A stretch of DNA of 64,000 bases from Macrostomum lignano (Eukaryota). The notes under the pieces were generated by a model that saw only the letters and a list, made by a program, of their open reading frames with translations, had not been told where the DNA came from and ran no database searches. Below, one piece after another: positions 1-12,173 of the stretch. The stretch's first letter is position 1. Every line of letters begins with the position of its first letter. The DNA is taken from positions 62,001 to 126,000 of the forward strand of contig NIVC01001461.1 in the NCBI GenBank assembly GCA_002269645.1, in the 5' to 3' direction. The position numbers were made by a program, and so were the translations under genes.

Positions 1-53
1 TCATTAATACACCGGATCTGCATTTACATAAACTGGCCAATTCCAGTCTACAG

Positions 54-1545
54 ACGGCCTGCTGGACTACGAGAGCGCGCTGTTCCTGGACCTCTTTCAC
101 CAGGACGGCTTAGCGGTCCTCGGCGCCGGCCTCTGCCCGCACCGGCTGGCCGCCCAGCTCATCCGCCTCTACTCCGACCCGGCCCACCTGGTGCTGGTGG
201 TCAACGCGAGGCCCGACGAGGCCGCGTTTTACGCCGAGTACGTCGAGCGCGCCTGCGTCGCTTCCGGCGCCCCGCCTGTCTCGCCGGCGCCTCGCGCCCT
301 CACCTCTGAGCAGCCGCAGGCTGAGAGGCGCCGGCTCTACAACGAAGGCGGCGTGTTTTTTGCCTCGTCCGCCCAGATTCTCGTGGTCGACTTTTTGCGC
401 TCGGTGGTGCCGGCCGATGCTGTGAGCGGCATCATCGTGATGCACGCTGATGAGGTGCTGGACCTGTGCCAGGTGAGCCTTGACTAAGTTCCTCCTTGAC
501 CCGGGCCTTGACCCAGTTGGCCCAGGTCCTTAACCCATCTGATCAGGTCCTTGACCCATCTGATCAGGTCCTTGACCCATCTGCTCAGATCCTTGACCCA
601 TCTGATCAGGTCCTTGACCCATCTGATCAGGTCCTTGACCCATCTGATCAGGTCCTTGACCCATCTGATCAGGTTATTGATCCATCTGATCAGATCCTTG
701 ACCCATCTGATCAGATCCTTGACCCATCTGATCAGGTTATTGACCCATCTGATCAGATCCTTGACCCATCTGATCAGGTTATTGACCCATCTGATCAGGT
801 CCTTGACCCATCTGATCAAGTTATTGATCCATCTGATCAGGTTATTGACCCATCTGATCAGGTCCTTGACCCATCTGATCAGGTTATTGATCCATCTGAT
901 CAGGTCCTTGACCCATCTGATCAGGTCCTTAACCCATCTACTGATCAGGTCCTTAACCCATCTGATCAGGTCCTTGACCCATCTGATCAGATCCTTGACC
1001 CATCTGATCAGGTCCTTGACCCATCTGATCAGGTCCTTGACCCATCTGATCAGGTTATTGACCCATCTGATCAGGTCCTTGACCCATCTGGTCAGGTCAT
1101 TAACCCATCTAATCAGGTCATTGACCCATCTGATCAGATCATTGACCCAGATTCTTGACTCATCTGACCCACTGTTCCTTGACCCAGCCATCTGACCAGG
1201 TCCTCCTTGACCCGGCTGACCCAGACACATTGTGTGGTGCGTTTTCTATCTCCAGAGGATTCTCAATTTTCAATCCAAATTTCCCCAGGAGGCCTTCGTT
1301 CTCCGTCTGTACCGGGAGGCGAACCCCACCGGCTTCATCAAGGCCATCACTGACCGGGCCCAGGGCCTCACCCGGGGCGGCTTCGGCATCGAGAGAATCC
1401 TGCGCACCCTGTTCGTGCCAGGCCTGTTCCTGCTGCCCCGGTTCCATGAGAGCGTGGCCGCCTGCATGGACGCCTGCCCGCCACAGGTGACAGACAGACA
1501 GACAGACAGACGGACAGTAGACAGACAGACAGACAGACGGACAGC

Positions 1546-1610
<65 letters not shown>

Positions 1611-1673
1611 CTAAGACAGACAGACAGACAGACAGACAGACACTAAGACAGACAGACAGACAGACAGACACTA

Positions 1674-1710
<37 letters not shown>

Positions 1711-1713
1711 CTA

Positions 1714-1781
<68 letters not shown>

Positions 1782-4700
1782 TGGACAGACAGAACTTAAG
1801 AGGTCCAGCTAGAAGAAGGGGAAAATTAAATAAAATTAAATAAATTAACACGCACAAAAACACATAAAAGACGCCTGAGAAAGACACTCAGACAAACTGT
1901 CGTCTCGATCTTCACAGGTGGAGGAGGTTCGCGTCAACCTGACGGAGCCGATGCTGCGCTGCCAGTCGGCCCTGGTGGACCTGCTGAAGGCCTGCATGCA
2001 GGAGCTCGCTCGCTCCGCCCCCGTGCTGGACGCCAACGAGCTGACGGTGGAGAACGCGCTGACTCGCGGCTTCGACCAGCTGTTGCGGTCGTACACGGAC
2101 CCGGTGTGGCACCGCATGAGCTACCGGAGCCGGCAGCTGGTGGCCGACATCAGAACTCTGCGGAGATTCCTGCTGGCGCTGACTCAGGTTTGTAGAGTGC
2201 TTGAATTAGTCAGAGTGAGTGAATTGGTACAGCACCTGAAATATTCATGTAGTGCCTGAAGCATTAATGGAGCTACTGAAGAGCTACCTTCAGGCACTCA
2301 ATGAATCCTTCAGGCACTCAATAAATCCTTCAGGCACTCAATAAATCCTTCAGGCACTCAATGAATCCTTCAGGCACTCAATAGATCCTTCAGGCACTCA
2401 ATGAATCCTTCAGGCACTCAATAGATCCTTCAGGCACTCAATAGATCCTTCAGGCACTCAATAGATCCTTCAGGCACTCAATAGATCCTTCAGGCACTCA
2501 ATAGATCCTTCAGGCACTCAATAAATCCTTCAGGCACTCAATGAATCCTTCAGGCACTCAATAGATCCTTCAGGCACTCAATAGATCCTTCAGGCACTCA
2601 ATAGATCCTTCAGGCACTCAATAAATCCTTCAGGCACTCAATAAATCCTTCAGGCACTCAATGAATCCTTCAGGCACTCAATGCATCCTTCAGGCACTCA
2701 ATGAATCCTTCAGGCACTCAATGAATCCTTCAGGCACTCAATAAATCCTTCAGGCACTCAATGAATCCTTCAGGCACTCAATAAATCCTTCAGGCACTCA
2801 ATGAATCCTTCAGGCACTCAATGCATCCTTCAGGCACTCAATGAATCCTTCAGGCACTCAATAAATCCTTCAGGCACTCAATGAATCCTTCAGGCACTCA
2901 ATGAATCCTTCAGGCACTCAATAAATCCTTCAGGCACTCGATGAATCCTTCAGGCACTCGAGTCACGAGTAGCTGAAGCGCTCATAGAAAGCCTTTCATA
3001 TTCATGAAGTGCATTATGAACTCCAGGAGGACCCGGCCGCCTTTCACCGCCGAGTGGCCTCGGTGATCAGCAGCGAGAAGGCCTTCGGCGCCAACTCCGG
3101 CTGGCTGTTCCTGGCCGAGGCCGACCGGCTGCTGGCCGCCAGCAAGGCCCGCCTGGGCTCCGGCCCGGCCTCCTACGAGGTGCCGCCGAAGTGGCTGTCG
3201 TGCCGGGCCATCCTGCAGGAGGTGGAGCGTGAGCGGCTGGACCAGCAGCGGCCGGTTGCTGGCGCTGATGAGTTGGTTCTTGTGTTTATTGAATTTTTGT
3301 GTTTATTGAATTTGTGTTTGTGTTTATAGAATTTTTGTTTGTGTTTATTGACTCTTCTTTGTGTTTAGTGAATTTTTATTTACGTTTATTGAGTTTTTAG
3401 AGTTTTATTTATTTGGCGATTGTGTTTATTGACTATCTGTTTGCGTTTATTTAAGTTGTGCGTTAATTGACCTAGTTGTATGGGTTTATTTAGCTAGTTT
3501 GTGTGTATCAAATTCTGTGTTTATCGCATTTATGTTTGCGTTAATTGAATACTTATTTGTGTTTATTGGATTTCTGGACTTTTTCTACAGAAAAAACAGT
3601 AAATCCGTTTATAGTAGACGCAGGAGGTTTGTGCCACTTGGGTAGTCCTTGACTTTCGCGCAGCTTTCTCAATCTCAATTTCACCCCGCTCGCCCTGCAG
3701 CCCCACCGCCCAGCAGCAGCAGCTCCGCACCCTCATCATCGTGCACGACTCGTCTACTCAGCGCCAGCTGCTCGCCTTCCTCACCTCGGGCGCCGAGGCG
3801 GCCTTCGCCGCGGATGCCAACTCCGCCGCCGACTCCGCCGACGAAGATGCCGTCGAAACAACGACAACGGCGACGACTTCGACGGCGTCGAAAAAGTCGT
3901 CAAGAAAAACGGCGGCAAAGAAGAAGAGCAAAGAGCCGAACCTGCTCACCCTGACTCAGATGATTCGGCCGGCGAGCGACGTCAATGATCAGCCACAACA
4001 GCAAGGCGACGACGTCGAGTCAGTCGACAAAGTCGACCAGCCCACGTCGGAAATTGTGGACGAGTCCGAATTGAAGCGGCGATTCCCGTCGGCGCGGCTG
4101 TTCGGCCAGTCCGACTGTCGTCACGCGATGTTCGCCGTGCGGCGCCAGGCTGGTGGCAGCGGCGGGGTCGGCGCCGCCCGCCGCCAGGACTCCACGGTGG
4201 GGCACCAGCAGGCGCTGCCGATGCTGCTGGACTGCTGGCGGCCGCACCGGGTGCTGCTGTACGACCCGGACTCCACCAGCGTCAGGCAGCTGGAGGTGCA
4301 CAGCCTGTGCCGCAGCCGGGCCGGGGCCGCTGCCCCCCTAGTGGTGTACTTCTTCGTGTACGAGGGCAGCGTAGAGGAGCAGCGCTACCTCACCCAGCTG
4401 CGCAAGGAGAAGGAGGCCTTCGAGTTTCTCATTCGTGAGCGCAGCGTTGCCGTGGTGACGAGCGAGCCGGTTGTCAAGGGCGACCTGGCGCCGGTGGAGG
4501 AACTGGCGGGACCCGACGATGGGATTGCCGCGGCCGCCGCCGAGCAGCATCAGGTTGGATGGTTGGAGGGTTGGATGCCGGGTGATGTTTAGGAATGCAT
4601 AATAATTATTCATACATGCGCAACCCCCTGATTTCCACTGGCCGTGCGACTTACTTTTTGACCAAAAATGCGACTCTTACCTGTGAATGAAACCTTAGAG

Positions 4701-7700
4701 CAAAAAGTAACGCAATTTTGGTGAACGGCAAGAGTAACTTATTTTGAAGAAAACTGCCTCGTCATCTAATTAGTTTTCCGCCTTTTTGGTGGGCATTTTG
4801 CGACTTACCTTGTCTGGGGCCCTTGCCAGCCGGCCGGGTCAACCGGGTGTTGCGCATGTACAATATGATATTTATTGAAATTATTATATGATATACTGGG
4901 TTTAGGTTTAGGTTTGGGTTTGATTTTAGGTTTGGGTTTAGGTTTAGGTCTGAAGTTTAGGTTTGGGTTTGGGTTTGGGTTTGTGATAAGGTTTGAATTT
5001 AGACTTGGTTTGGGTTTACGCTTAGTTTTGTGTTTAGGTTTAGGTTTGAGTTTAGGTTTAGGTTTAGGTTTGAGTTTAGGTTTAGGTTTGGGTTTAGGTT
5101 TGGGTTTAGGTTTAGTTTTGTGTTTAGGTTTAGGTTTGAGTTTAGGTTTGGGTTTAGGTTTAGGTCTGGGTTTAGGTTTGGGTTTGGGTTTGTGATAAGG
5201 TTTGAATTTAGACTTGATTTGGGTTTACGTTTAGTTTTGAGTTTAGGTTTAAGTTTGAGTTTAGGTTTGGGTTTAGGTTGTTTAGGTCGGCATTCAAATG
5301 TCATGGACCCCTAATAATTAAGTATTGTGGCGTACAGTTAAGCCTTAAGGGTATCTTTCAATCGATAAAATGGATTATTTACCAGCTCAAGCCGCCTCCA
5401 CTTCCCGCCCAGGTGATCGTGGACGTCCGCGAATTCCGCAGCGAGCTGCCCTGCCTGCTGCACAGGCGCGGCATCACCATCCTGCCGGTGACCATCGACG
5501 TCGGCGACTACGTGCTGAAGAATGTCGTAGTCGGCCTTCAGGAGTAAAGATTGATGGACAGCCGTAACGTCAGGGGTCGAGGGAGGTCCGTTGCTAGGCA
5601 GTCTGGATTGGGCTGGCGTGGATAGAAAGTCGAAAGGAGCTTGTTCGACCTGGAGGGCAAGCAGGTCCCCGCGCGCGGTAGTTTCGAGCTCAGATTCCCA
5701 GGCGGGGTGGTGAGCGTTCCAGTCTCCGCAGATAATCGACGGGGAGTCAGTGAACAGCCTGGTCAGATCCGGAGAGTAACCGGTGTCACAGCTGCTGACC
5801 GGTGGCAGATATGAGTTGAACAGGCGGAGGGGCAGGGTTGAGTTAAAAAAGATGTCAATGCCCTGAAGTTCGCTGTGATGGTCGGTAAGACTTGACGTGT
5901 CGATTGGTGAAAAGCGAATGGAGTCTCGGACGAAAAGGACGAGACCTCCGCCTCTGGAGTTTGGGCGGTCAGCACGTATGCAGGCGTAACCAGGAAGAGT
6001 GGGGGTTCTCGCGTTCTTAGATAGTTTAGATTCTTGAATAGCGATGACATGCGGGTTGATGTTGCTGCACAGGTGTTCCAGTTCCTTAATCTTGCCGGAG
6101 ATGCCGTTGGCATTCCATTGTATGATGATGAGATGGTCTTGGGATTCCGACACTGAGGACTCGACTTTGCGGGGAGGGTGACTGTGTGAGCTACCCGGAA
6201 AGGTGATGTCCTTGGATTGATCGAATTTGACGTTGGAGTGGCAGTTGGATGAGCTAGCCTTTCCGGCTTTTTGTGATTGAGTCTCCAGAGCCTTGGCCGT
6301 GCTGCAACCACTTCCGCAGCACGGGCCGATGAAGTTGGCGTTCCAGTTTGAGATCGAGATTTCCGCGCAGTTAGTTCTCTGACACGACAGTGCAACCAGC
6401 CGTAGCAGGCGGTGCATTGGACGGAGCTGCAGTTTTTTGCGATGACCAACCCGCAGACAGGACAAAGCAGGTCTGCGGACCTGGGTTGCGCTCGACGTCA
6501 CCGGCGAGAAGGATAAGGCGAGCCAGCCACGCCGGCCAGACTGACCCGCCACAGAAAAAGGTGACCAGGAAGAGAACGAGACGTCCACGTCTGCTGGACA
6601 CGGGTCTCCCGACGAGGAGGNNNNNNNNNNNNNNNNNNNNNNNNNNNNNNNNNNNNNNNNNNNNCTCTTAGAGAATGGCAACCAGCCTGCCCTCCTCTAG
6701 AATCTGGTCCACTCTTAAAAAGCTGACCGGTCGTCCTAACGCGGATAAGAATGTCATTTTAAAGTTTAACGGAAAACAGGCCCTTTTCTGGTGCCGAAAC
6801 TGCGGACCGTCTCAACTGTCAGTTCACGAGGCCGCGCCTTCACTGCTCCAACCCGCAGATGCGCGTCGTTCGTCGACGTCTTAAGGGCCTTGCTCGTGCC
6901 GCTGAAGACGCCCCTGTCTTCTCGACTGACGACATCGAAATGGCCATCAAGCGGTCCAAACCCTCCAAGGCCATCGGCCTGATGGAATCTGCCCGCTCGT
7001 CATTAGGCACTTTGGTCCGAAGGCGAAGGCTGTGCTCCGAAACCTCTTCAATCGCTCAATCGCTTACAATGAGATCCCGGCGGTCTGGAAGAAGTCCTTA
7101 ATCTGTCCCCTTCTGAAGGATGGTAAACCGCAGGACGATGGTGCGTCGTATCGCCCTATCTCCTTTCTCTCGCCGCTCGTCAAAATTCTGGAGAAGATCC
7201 TGCTTCCGCTACTGACTGACCACCTCCAGCTCCCGGCCTGGCAACATGGCTTTCGTCCGCATCACTCCACCGTGACCGCCTCTGCCAACTGGTTGAGCAG
7301 ATCTGCTCAGGTTTTTGTTTGCCAAAACCGCCGGCCAGGACCGGCGTTAGCGCGATCGACCTTCGGATGGCATTCGACTGCGTTGACCACTACGAATTAC
7401 TCTCTGATCTCGCCGAGTCTGATCTTCCTAACACTGTTAAGGCCTGGCTTGCCAACTACATTCTTGGTCGTCAAGCTCGGACCGTCATGCGAGACTTTAA
7501 GTCGAAGTGGCGGCAGGTTCGCATGGGAGTTCCACAGGGCAGCGCCATCAGCCCGCTTCTTTTTGCCTTTTACTTGGCTAAAGCTCCTGTGCCATCCAAT
7601 CCGGCCACTAAACTAATTGGTTACGCTGACGATCTTACCGTTGCCGCCTCATCCCCAAACTGTTATTCTATTGAACAACAACTGAACAGCTATCTCGCTG

Positions 7701-10118
7701 ACCTTGCTCCGTTCCTTGAGTCGCGCAAGCTCCAAATTTCTACATCAAAGTGCTCCTCCACTCTGTTCAGTCCGGATCAGCGCGAGTACTCTCGTCAACT
7801 GAACGTGTCCATCAACGGCTCATTACTACCGCAAGCCCTCTATCCGAAAATTCTTGGTGTGACTTTCGACCCTAAGCTCTCCTTCGCTAGACACGTTACC
7901 ACTCTTGCGGAAAAAACCCGGAAAAGGAACTGCCTGCTACGCTGTCTCGCCGGCTCCTCCTGGGGCTGCTGCAAGGAACTTTTGCTGACCACCTTCAAAG
8001 CGTTAGGCAGAAGCCTGCTCGACTATGCTGCTCCGGTCTGGGCCCTATCATCTCCAACTCGTCCTGGACGCGGCTGCAATCGGTCCAGAATGCAGCGATT
8101 CGCGCATCACCGGCTGCACTGCCCTTACCTCTGAAGCGGATCTTCATAGTGAAGTCCAGTTGCTTACCGTCCGCCAGCACAACCGACTTCTTTCGCTCCA
8201 GTTCAAGCTTCGCGCTAGACGCCCTGAACTCCCTTGTCACCACCTTTCTGGCCTTCCGCCGCCGCGCAGACTCATGAAAGCCTCCATCTTCACGGCTGAA
8301 CACTTTAATGCTGATTGGACGCCGGTTCCGGCCCGGACGTCCTTGACGCTGCTGCTGGGATCGCGCCAGGCGGGCCCAGCATACGCAGGCAGTACAGGCC
8401 ATGCTGGACAGCCTGCCACAGAACCGTGTTATTCAAACACAACGGCCAGCGATCCATCGCTCCGAAACTTGCCTCCCCCGCCGCATGCGGTGCATACTGG
8501 CGCAGCTCCGCTCCGGTTTCTGCCCGCTTCTCCAAGATTTTCAGTCGAGAATCAAACCAGGCGTCGCCGCGGTCTGTCCTGATTGCGGTCTGGAGCCCCA
8601 AACGGTGGTCCATCTTTTCGACTGCCCTGTCTATCCGACGCCGCTCTGCCCTAGTGACCTTTGGAACAACCCAATTGAGACGTCCACCTTCCTGGAGTCG
8701 ACCTTCCTCGGCGGGCTGGGACCCGAGCCGTAGGTTAATACACACACACACACACTACGTGCTGACGCCCGACATCTGCGTCGAACGGAAATCCGTGAGC
8801 GATCTGATTGGCTCGCTTAATAGCGGGCGACTGTACAACCAGGTGAGCGGGGCTGCACGGGCGCATTGGGAATGGCCTCACCCAGTCATCAAATGACCTC
8901 ATCTCACACCCAGTCATCAAATGACCTCATCTCACACCCAGTCATCAAATGACCTCATCTCACACCCAGTCATCAAATGACCTCATCTCACACCCAGTCA
9001 TCAAATGACCTCATCTCACACCCAGTCATCAAATGACCTCATCTCACACCCAGTCATCAAATGACCTCATCTCACACCCAGTCATCAAATGACCTCATCT
9101 CACACCCAGTCATCAAATGACCTCATCTCACACCCAGTCATCAAATGACCTCATCTCACACCCAGTCATCAAATGACCTCATCTCACACCCAGTCATCAA
9201 ATGACCTCATCTCACACCCAGTCATCAAATGACCTCATCTCACACCCAGTCATCAAATGACCTCATCTCACACCCAGTCATCAAATGACCTCATCTCACA
9301 CCCAGTCATCAAATGACCTCATCTCACACCCAGTCATCAAATGACCTCATCTCACACCCTGTCATCAATGACCTCACACCCTGTCATCAATGACTTCACA
9401 CCCAGTTATCAATGACCTCACACCCTGTCATCAATGACCTCACACCCTGTCATCAATGACCTCACCCCGCCAGGTGGTGAACATGACTCAGCACTACCGC
9501 ACTCCGGTGCTGCTCATCGAATTCGACGCCGAGCGCACCGGCTTCGCCCTTTACCACGGCCGGGCCGCCATGAGCTCGGAACTGAACTCCTCGGACACGA
9601 TCTCCCGCCTGAGCCTGCTCACCCTGCACTTCCCCCAGCTGCGCATCCTGTGGAGCCCCGCGCCCCACGCCAGCGCCGAGCTGTTCCACGACCTCAAGCG
9701 GGGCCGCCCGCAGCCGCAGCTGCAGCTGCTGCCCTCAGTCTCGGCCGCCACCGCCGGCGACTCCTACAACGACGTCGACGACAGCGAGGCTTCTTCGTCG
9801 ACTTCGTTGACGCCGGCGGCCTCGGCGGCGACGCTGCGTCACGTGGCGCGGAGCATGCTGCTGCGAATGCCCGGCGTCACCCACCGGAGTCTGCGCGGCC
9901 TCATCAAAGCGGCCGGCGGCAGCTTCGCCGGTCTGTGCCGGCTGGGCGTCGGCGAGCTGCGGGAGGCCCTCGGGCAGCGGGAGGCCGCCGACCGGCTGCA
10001 CGAATTTCTGCGCACCGACGGCCGGCGCCTGGCGGGCGGCGCCGCTGCTGGGCGGGGAGGCGCCAGGCGGCCGAAACTGGCGCTGGCCGCCAAACTGCCG
10101 ACCGCCAGGAGGAACTGA
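54..10118 (+). CDS. ERCC4: DNA repair endonuclease XPF (ERCC4/Rad1/MEI-9); this copy is interrupted by a LINE in the nuclease exon
   Basis: Phase-consistent GT-AG exons: 54-472, 1289-1486, 1918-2187, 3027-3271, 3701-4553, 5413-5518 + 8766-8842 (split by LINE), 9474-10118. XPF motifs: [121 protein letters not shown], and a C-terminal HhH2 (LLRMPGV). No ATG in the first exon; the start is upstream of the window. Confidence 0.95.
496..1158. repeat. 21-bp minisatellite (CAGGTCCTTGACCCATCTGAT)n, XPF intron 1
   Basis: About 30 tandem copies read directly. Confidence 0.95.
1489..1792. repeat. (GACA)n microsatellite, XPF intron 2
   Basis: Direct reading. Confidence 0.95.
2287..2958. repeat. 20-bp minisatellite (ATCCTTCAGGCACTCAATGA)n, XPF intron 3
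   Basis: More than 30 tandem copies. Confidence 0.95.
4615..4858. mobile_element. Putative MITE (TA target, Tc1/mariner-like)
   Basis: Terminal inverted repeats CATGCGCAAC(C/A)CCC at both ends, flanked by TA (4613-4614, 4859-4860); no ORF. Confidence 0.5.
4897..5282. repeat. (GGTTTA/GGTTTG)n telomere-like hexamer array
   Basis: Direct reading; TTTAGG/TTTGGG units with a duplicated internal block. Confidence 0.85.
6476..6517 (-). other. 2A-like StopGo peptide [13 protein letters not shown]|P
   Basis: Exact match to the D(V/I)ExNPGP consensus, preceded by a Leu-rich helix. Confidence 0.85.
6621..6664. other. Assembly gap (44 N)
   Basis: N run. Confidence 1.
8879..9465. repeat. 28-bp minisatellite (CCCAGTCATCAAATGACCTCATCTCACA)n, last XPF intron
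   Basis: About 17 near-perfect copies, then shorter variants merging into the acceptor. Confidence 0.95.
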
Positions 10119-10209
10119 CGGTTTCGCTTTCTAGGAAGCTTTGCTATGCTGTGAAGATGGCTCTGTCAATACAATCTGAAATCATTTCGCCTTTCTAAGA
10201 GGTCAGCTC

Positions 10210-10615
10210 CTGGTCATTCTAAAATGCCACCCCTGGCCATTCCGAGAAACCACCCCTGGCCATTCCAAGAAACCAACTCATGGCAATTCTAAGAAGTCAC
10301 CCCTGGCCATTCTAAGAAACCACCCTGGCCATTCCAAGAAACCACCCCTGGCTATTCCAAGAAACCAACTCTTGGCCATTCTAAGAAACCACCCCTAGCC
10401 ATTCTAAGATACCACCCTGGGAATTTTAAGAAACCAATGCAAAGAGGGCCATTCAAAGAAACTACCCCTGGCCACTCTAAGAAATCACCCCTGGGCCCTG
10501 GCCAATCTAAGAAATCACCCCTGGGCCCTGGCCAATCTAAGAAACCAACACTGGCCATTCTAAGAAACCACCCCTGGCCATTCTAAGAAACCAACACTGG
10601 CCATTTCTAAGAAAG
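10210..10615. repeat. Degenerate 22-25-bp minisatellite (CACCCCTGGCCATTCTAAGAAAC)
   Basis: Direct reading, downstream of the XPF stop. Confidence 0.85.
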
Positions 10616-10911
10616 CATGCTGAGCTGTCATTGCATCTTCGTTAAGTAATTTAATTCTAGAAGCGATCTCGTTCCATTTCTTAGAAAATTGTTTATTTTT
10701 ATTTTAATATTCCGCGTCGACTTTCGCTTCAAATGATGGATGGCATTAAACAATTCAAACTTGAGCTCAATGCAGCATTTTATCCAATCTGTAATTACTT
10801 ATTTTTAACTAATAAAATGACTAAATCAGCAATAATGTTGCTTACTACTTTGTCTTTAAAAAGCAAGTTTCGTACTTCTTTGATCGAATTAATTTTGTCA
10901 GTTAAATTCGG

Positions 10912-11145
10912 CTACTCGACCGAGTAGCTTCCAGTGAGCAGCGACTCAACCACTCGCTTGTCCTCAGCTTTAGACTCGTCAGTTAGAAGCAGATAATCCG
11001 GCTCCAGATCCAGTCCGAACCGGCACAGGTTGCTCAGGTCTTTGTCCAGCTGGTCTTCCATTGACTGCAGCGATGCCGCGTTCGGTTGAGTCGCTTGAGG
11101 TTCCTCTATTTCCGGCTTCCGTTTATTGGGCTCCTCTGTGCTCAT
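10912..11145 (-). CDS. Candidate small intronless ORF (77 aa, acidic), unknown function
   Basis: ATG start, non-repetitive GC-richer sequence, TATAAAAA about 110 bp upstream (11256-11263), AATAAA downstream on the minus strand; no recognised family. Confidence 0.4.
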   Translation of the reverse strand: MSTEEPNKRKPEIEEPQATQPNAASLQSMEDQLDKDLSNLCRFGLDLEPDYLLLTDESKAEDKRVVESLLTGSYSVE

Positions 11146-11255
11146 GTTGGCTCATTCCAGTTGCTAGCGGGTTACAGACTGTTGCTGGCGTCAGTGCTGC
11201 TAGCAAATTTGCTGCTAAATAACAGTACAGTGCTTCTTGCGCGTTGAGTGCACGG

Positions 11256-11267
11256 TTTTTATATTGG
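11256..11267 (-). promoter_or_regulatory. Putative TATA box with adjacent CCAAT
   Basis: Minus strand reads CCAATATAAAAA. Confidence 0.3.
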
Positions 11268-11404
11268 TTGCTGGGCCACTGGCAAGCCATTTACTGCAAG
11301 GTGAATAAATAAATTCCTTGTCTCATTTAGCAGTTTTTTACCCTAACTGGGGAACCATTCTCAAGTAAGCTTATATAATCACCTAAACTCAAAAATCACC
11401 TTAG

Positions 11405-11678
11405 GTATTCCCTGAAGCTCAATTGAGAATCACCCTGAGCATCCCTGAAGCTCAATTGAGAATTACCCTGAGCATCCCTGAAGCTCAATTGAGAATCACC
11501 CTGAGCATCCCTGAAGCTCAATTGAGAATTACCCTGAGCATCCCTGAAGCTCAATTGAGAATCACCCTGAGCATCCCTGAAGCTCAATTGAGAATCACCC
11601 TGAGCATCCCTGAAGCTCAATTGAGAATCACCCTGAGCATCCCTGAAGCTCAATTGAGAATCACCCTGAGCATCCCGA
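11405..11678. repeat. 33-bp minisatellite (CCCTGAGCATCCCTGAAGCTCAATTGAGAATCA)n
   Basis: About 8 copies. Confidence 0.95.
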
Positions 11679-12173
11679 AGATCCCATAATAGAATTCCCT
11701 TAAACTCCGTTGCGTCAACAAGTGCTTTTTCGCTTCTGAGAAGTCCATGCGTCACGCATTGAGTATGACTGCCATATTAGCCTCGCTAATTCGCACTATC
11801 GTAACCACGCGGAGCTGCGTGACCACACGCTGACCGAGTCAGAACGCTAGCTGCCAATTTTAAAACAATGAAGCCTCTGAGGGGTGGTCACCCCCCCCCC
11901 CCCGATAAAAAGACAGCAGAAACAGCAACCAAGGGTATAGACTAATTGGCTGCAGCTCAGCTCTGAGTGACCCGGTAATTCCCCATGACTGAGTCTCAGA
12001 AAAGTGGAAGAAATTTCCAGAAGCGTCTTCGCTTCATTGTTCAACTAAGCAGAGGGCAGACCAGCAGAACTAATTATACACTGCCTATATTAACTTGAGC
12101 CCCCCTACAGTCAGCAGTGAGTAGGGACTCGACAAGCACTGAGCAACAGCAATCCTAACAAACTAAAGCAATA

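Larger units (their letters stand above)
5519..8753. mobile_element. Non-LTR retrotransposon (APE-RT, Ingi/Vingi-like, I group), 5'-inverted, frameshifted
   Basis: TSD ACTACGTGCTGA at 5507-5518 and 8754-8765. Minus strand 5519-6620: 2A-like peptide, degenerate PHD, APE ([27 protein letters not shown]). 44-N gap at 6621-6664. Plus strand 6665-8733: RT ([52 protein letters not shown]) and C-terminal CCHC (CPDC..HLFDC). TAATA(CA)n tail at about 8736-8753. No RNase H seen. Confidence 0.93.

Noticed and set aside
484-1230. Long ORFs on both strands (LIRWVKD.., DPSDQVL..)
   Set aside because: Translation of a 21-bp minisatellite inside a GT-AG intron; no protein family features.
5505-5535. Short inverted repeat CGACTACG/CGTAGTCG across the left LINE junction
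   Set aside because: Only 8 bp and GC-rich; probably chance similarity between target and element, and untestable without the element consensus.
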